A program made the translations under genes and the position numbers. The notes below the pieces were generated by a model. It did not search any database. It was given only the letters and a program-made list of their open reading frames with translations, and was not told where the DNA came from. DNA of 64,000 nt from Glycera tridactyla (lineage: Eukaryota), in assembly GCA_965644265.1 (NCBI GenBank), contig OZ286471.1, positions 49,414,001 to 49,478,000 of the forward strand, given 5' to 3'. Below are positions 62,301 to 64,000 of this stretch, one piece after another. Positions within the stretch are counted from its first letter, which is position 1. The number at the start of each line of letters is the position of its first letter.

Positions 62301-62421
62301 GGATTCCTGAAACTGATGTGCCACCGGTGGATACAGATAAACCACCTATTGTCACCAATGTTCCTCCCACCATCACTCATGAACCATCACTCCGGTGTGG
62401 GCCGTTGGAGTTCCAGTGTCA
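62301..62421 (+). pseudogene. Array cassette A21, 5' part only, interrupted after LDLa Cys2
   Basis: cag|gg att cct...: IPETDVPPVDTDKPPIVTNVPPTITHEPSLRCGPLEFQC, then foreign sequence starting TGTAAC; in-frame stop at 62438-62440. Confidence 0.72.
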
Positions 62422-64000
62422 TGTAACGCCACGTTTTTGAACATGTGACGTTTGTTAGAATAACATGAACAATATAGGGATTTCTGGTAGCGGAATTCGC
62501 GGAATTCCTCTTTTGAGGCCCGCGGCACTATTTTTACGCTACTAGATTGATAATTATTTCTTCCTACTCCTGAAGCATGAGATAGTTTCACTTCTATTAG
62601 TTGAGAAACAGTGGCAATCCTGTTAGTTTTCTAATATTTGTTGTTTCACCTATCTGGTTGTTGGTGTGGCAACTAGAGCTCGAGTTACACGCAGTGGAAT
62701 CGCCGTTCGCGGTGGGTGCCCAGCTTGCAGTGTTTCTAGGGTGAAACAGTAGAAATGCGATATCTTCATGAATAATGGACGTAGGGAGACCATATTTTTA
62801 CACGATACGTATCTGTATTAGGGCTAAAGATATCCCGAAGATGGGGATTGTATCTTTTGAGGCAAATTTGTTAGTCCGTGGGATAGGCCGTTTATCGGAC
62901 GGTTTTTTGCCAACATAGTTGATCACACAGTATAGTGAACGACTCCCTGAGCAGGAGGAGCTCGGAGTCGCGCAGGAGGAAAGTGATCTGCAATGTACAT
63001 GCAATGTACATGTTTTCTCAGAAAATCTTCTGTAATTGATCTAGAAAAGTCTCGAGCGAATACTTTCGAGGTAGCTGACTCGAGGAGCTTGACATCGCTT
63101 CTCCCGCTCTTTTTTTCCCGCTCTTTGCTGGCTCTTCAGGACGGATACATAAAAGTATTCCAGACAGGAGTTCTGGCACTTGGAAATTCTGTCCTGAAGA
63201 GTACGCACCGGAGCTGAGGGAGTCGGGAGCAGAGAACATCTTGCTTCTCCAGTATCGCTGCACTGGAATAGAAACAATGGACTCCACTACATCATCCTGA
63301 GCTCTACTACATCCAGTAAGTGTTTATGAGATTTAGAAATGTTTTAGGATCCTTTTAGGAGGCTTTATTAGGAGTCATTTTCCCCATTTGCCCAAATGGC
63401 CATTTTTAGTATCATGCCATTTCATGTCATCGGATCTTCCGTGTTTTGTATTGAATGTACCATCTTTCGAGCATACGTGGTCAAAATCTAGAATTTGCAT
63501 GTTTTTGGATGATTTTGGATCATTTTGGATGATAGGATTTTGTTCCATAAATGCTGTCCTGATCCAAACAACTAGCTGATAATTCTCGCGGATATTGGTA
63601 GTTCTATCTGTTTCTGTTAATTCCCTGTGCTGTTCCGGTGATTTTGGAACAAGTGGAACTGCGTGGAACTATGCCGTGTTCCTCCTGCGTTGTTCCCGGT
63701 GCAGTACGCCTGTTCGGGTGGAACAGGGCTATGCAGGAATTTGTAATATAGTATTTAACGCTTGGACTCACTGAATCCTCCGGGTGAGAGAAGCTGTGTG
63801 AATAAACTGCTAACACGTCTCAATATAGCTCCTACCGATCAGATTCTGATCATTTGTGTAATATTTCGGGTTTCTGTGTGAATTAGATGATTGAATCATT
63901 CAAAATTCAATTATATTCACGAGATTTCCCTATAGGAATAAAATAGTGAAAGGAATGTTTCTTTAAGATCATTTTCAGTTGAAATATCAGCAGAGACGAC
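62422..64000. mobile_element. Probable LTR retrotransposon LTR inserted in cassette A21, running off the window
   Basis: Begins TGTAACG exactly at the exon break, with an abrupt shift to CpG-rich non-coding sequence. No matching terminus, TSD, PBS or coding domain seen. Confidence 0.5.

Noticed and set aside
10-63816. Most short ORFs in the supplied six-frame track
   Set aside because: They are intronic, antisense or off-frame shadows of real exons, or run through microsatellites and N gaps. Only the LINE RT ORF and the exon-overlapping parts are supported.

Overview
Intron-rich animal genomic DNA, probably a marine invertebrate (taxon not determinable here), with 3 N-gaps. One + strand gene fills almost the whole window: a perlecan/HSPG2 (trol/unc-52) orthologue lacking both ends. 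I read 33 exons from 342 to 27184 by hand: Ig, 3 LDLa, Ig, then 3 laminin-IV (LamB/L4) domains with laminin-EGF (LE) modules. All have AG/GT boundaries and consistent phases. After the third L4/LE the gene does not continue into LE and Ig repeats. Instead it enters a 35-kb array of 20 intact single-exon [Thr/Pro linker + LDLa] cassettes (27983-61501), all phase 1-1 with lengths divisible by 3, plus two apparently TE-disrupted cassettes (43198, 62301). The array donors differ from the upstream donors: 18/20 are GTRAGC and 0/20 have +6T, versus 28/33 with +6T upstream. Many are followed by a conserved TAGTTAAG-like motif, often in the loop of a covarying stem-loop over the 5' splice site. This looks like a regulated, evolving cassette-exon system; that is an inference, as no transcript data were seen. 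Introns also hold MITEs, a piggyBac-like element, a LINE RT nested in a TTAA element, a probable LTR, and micro- and minisatellites.
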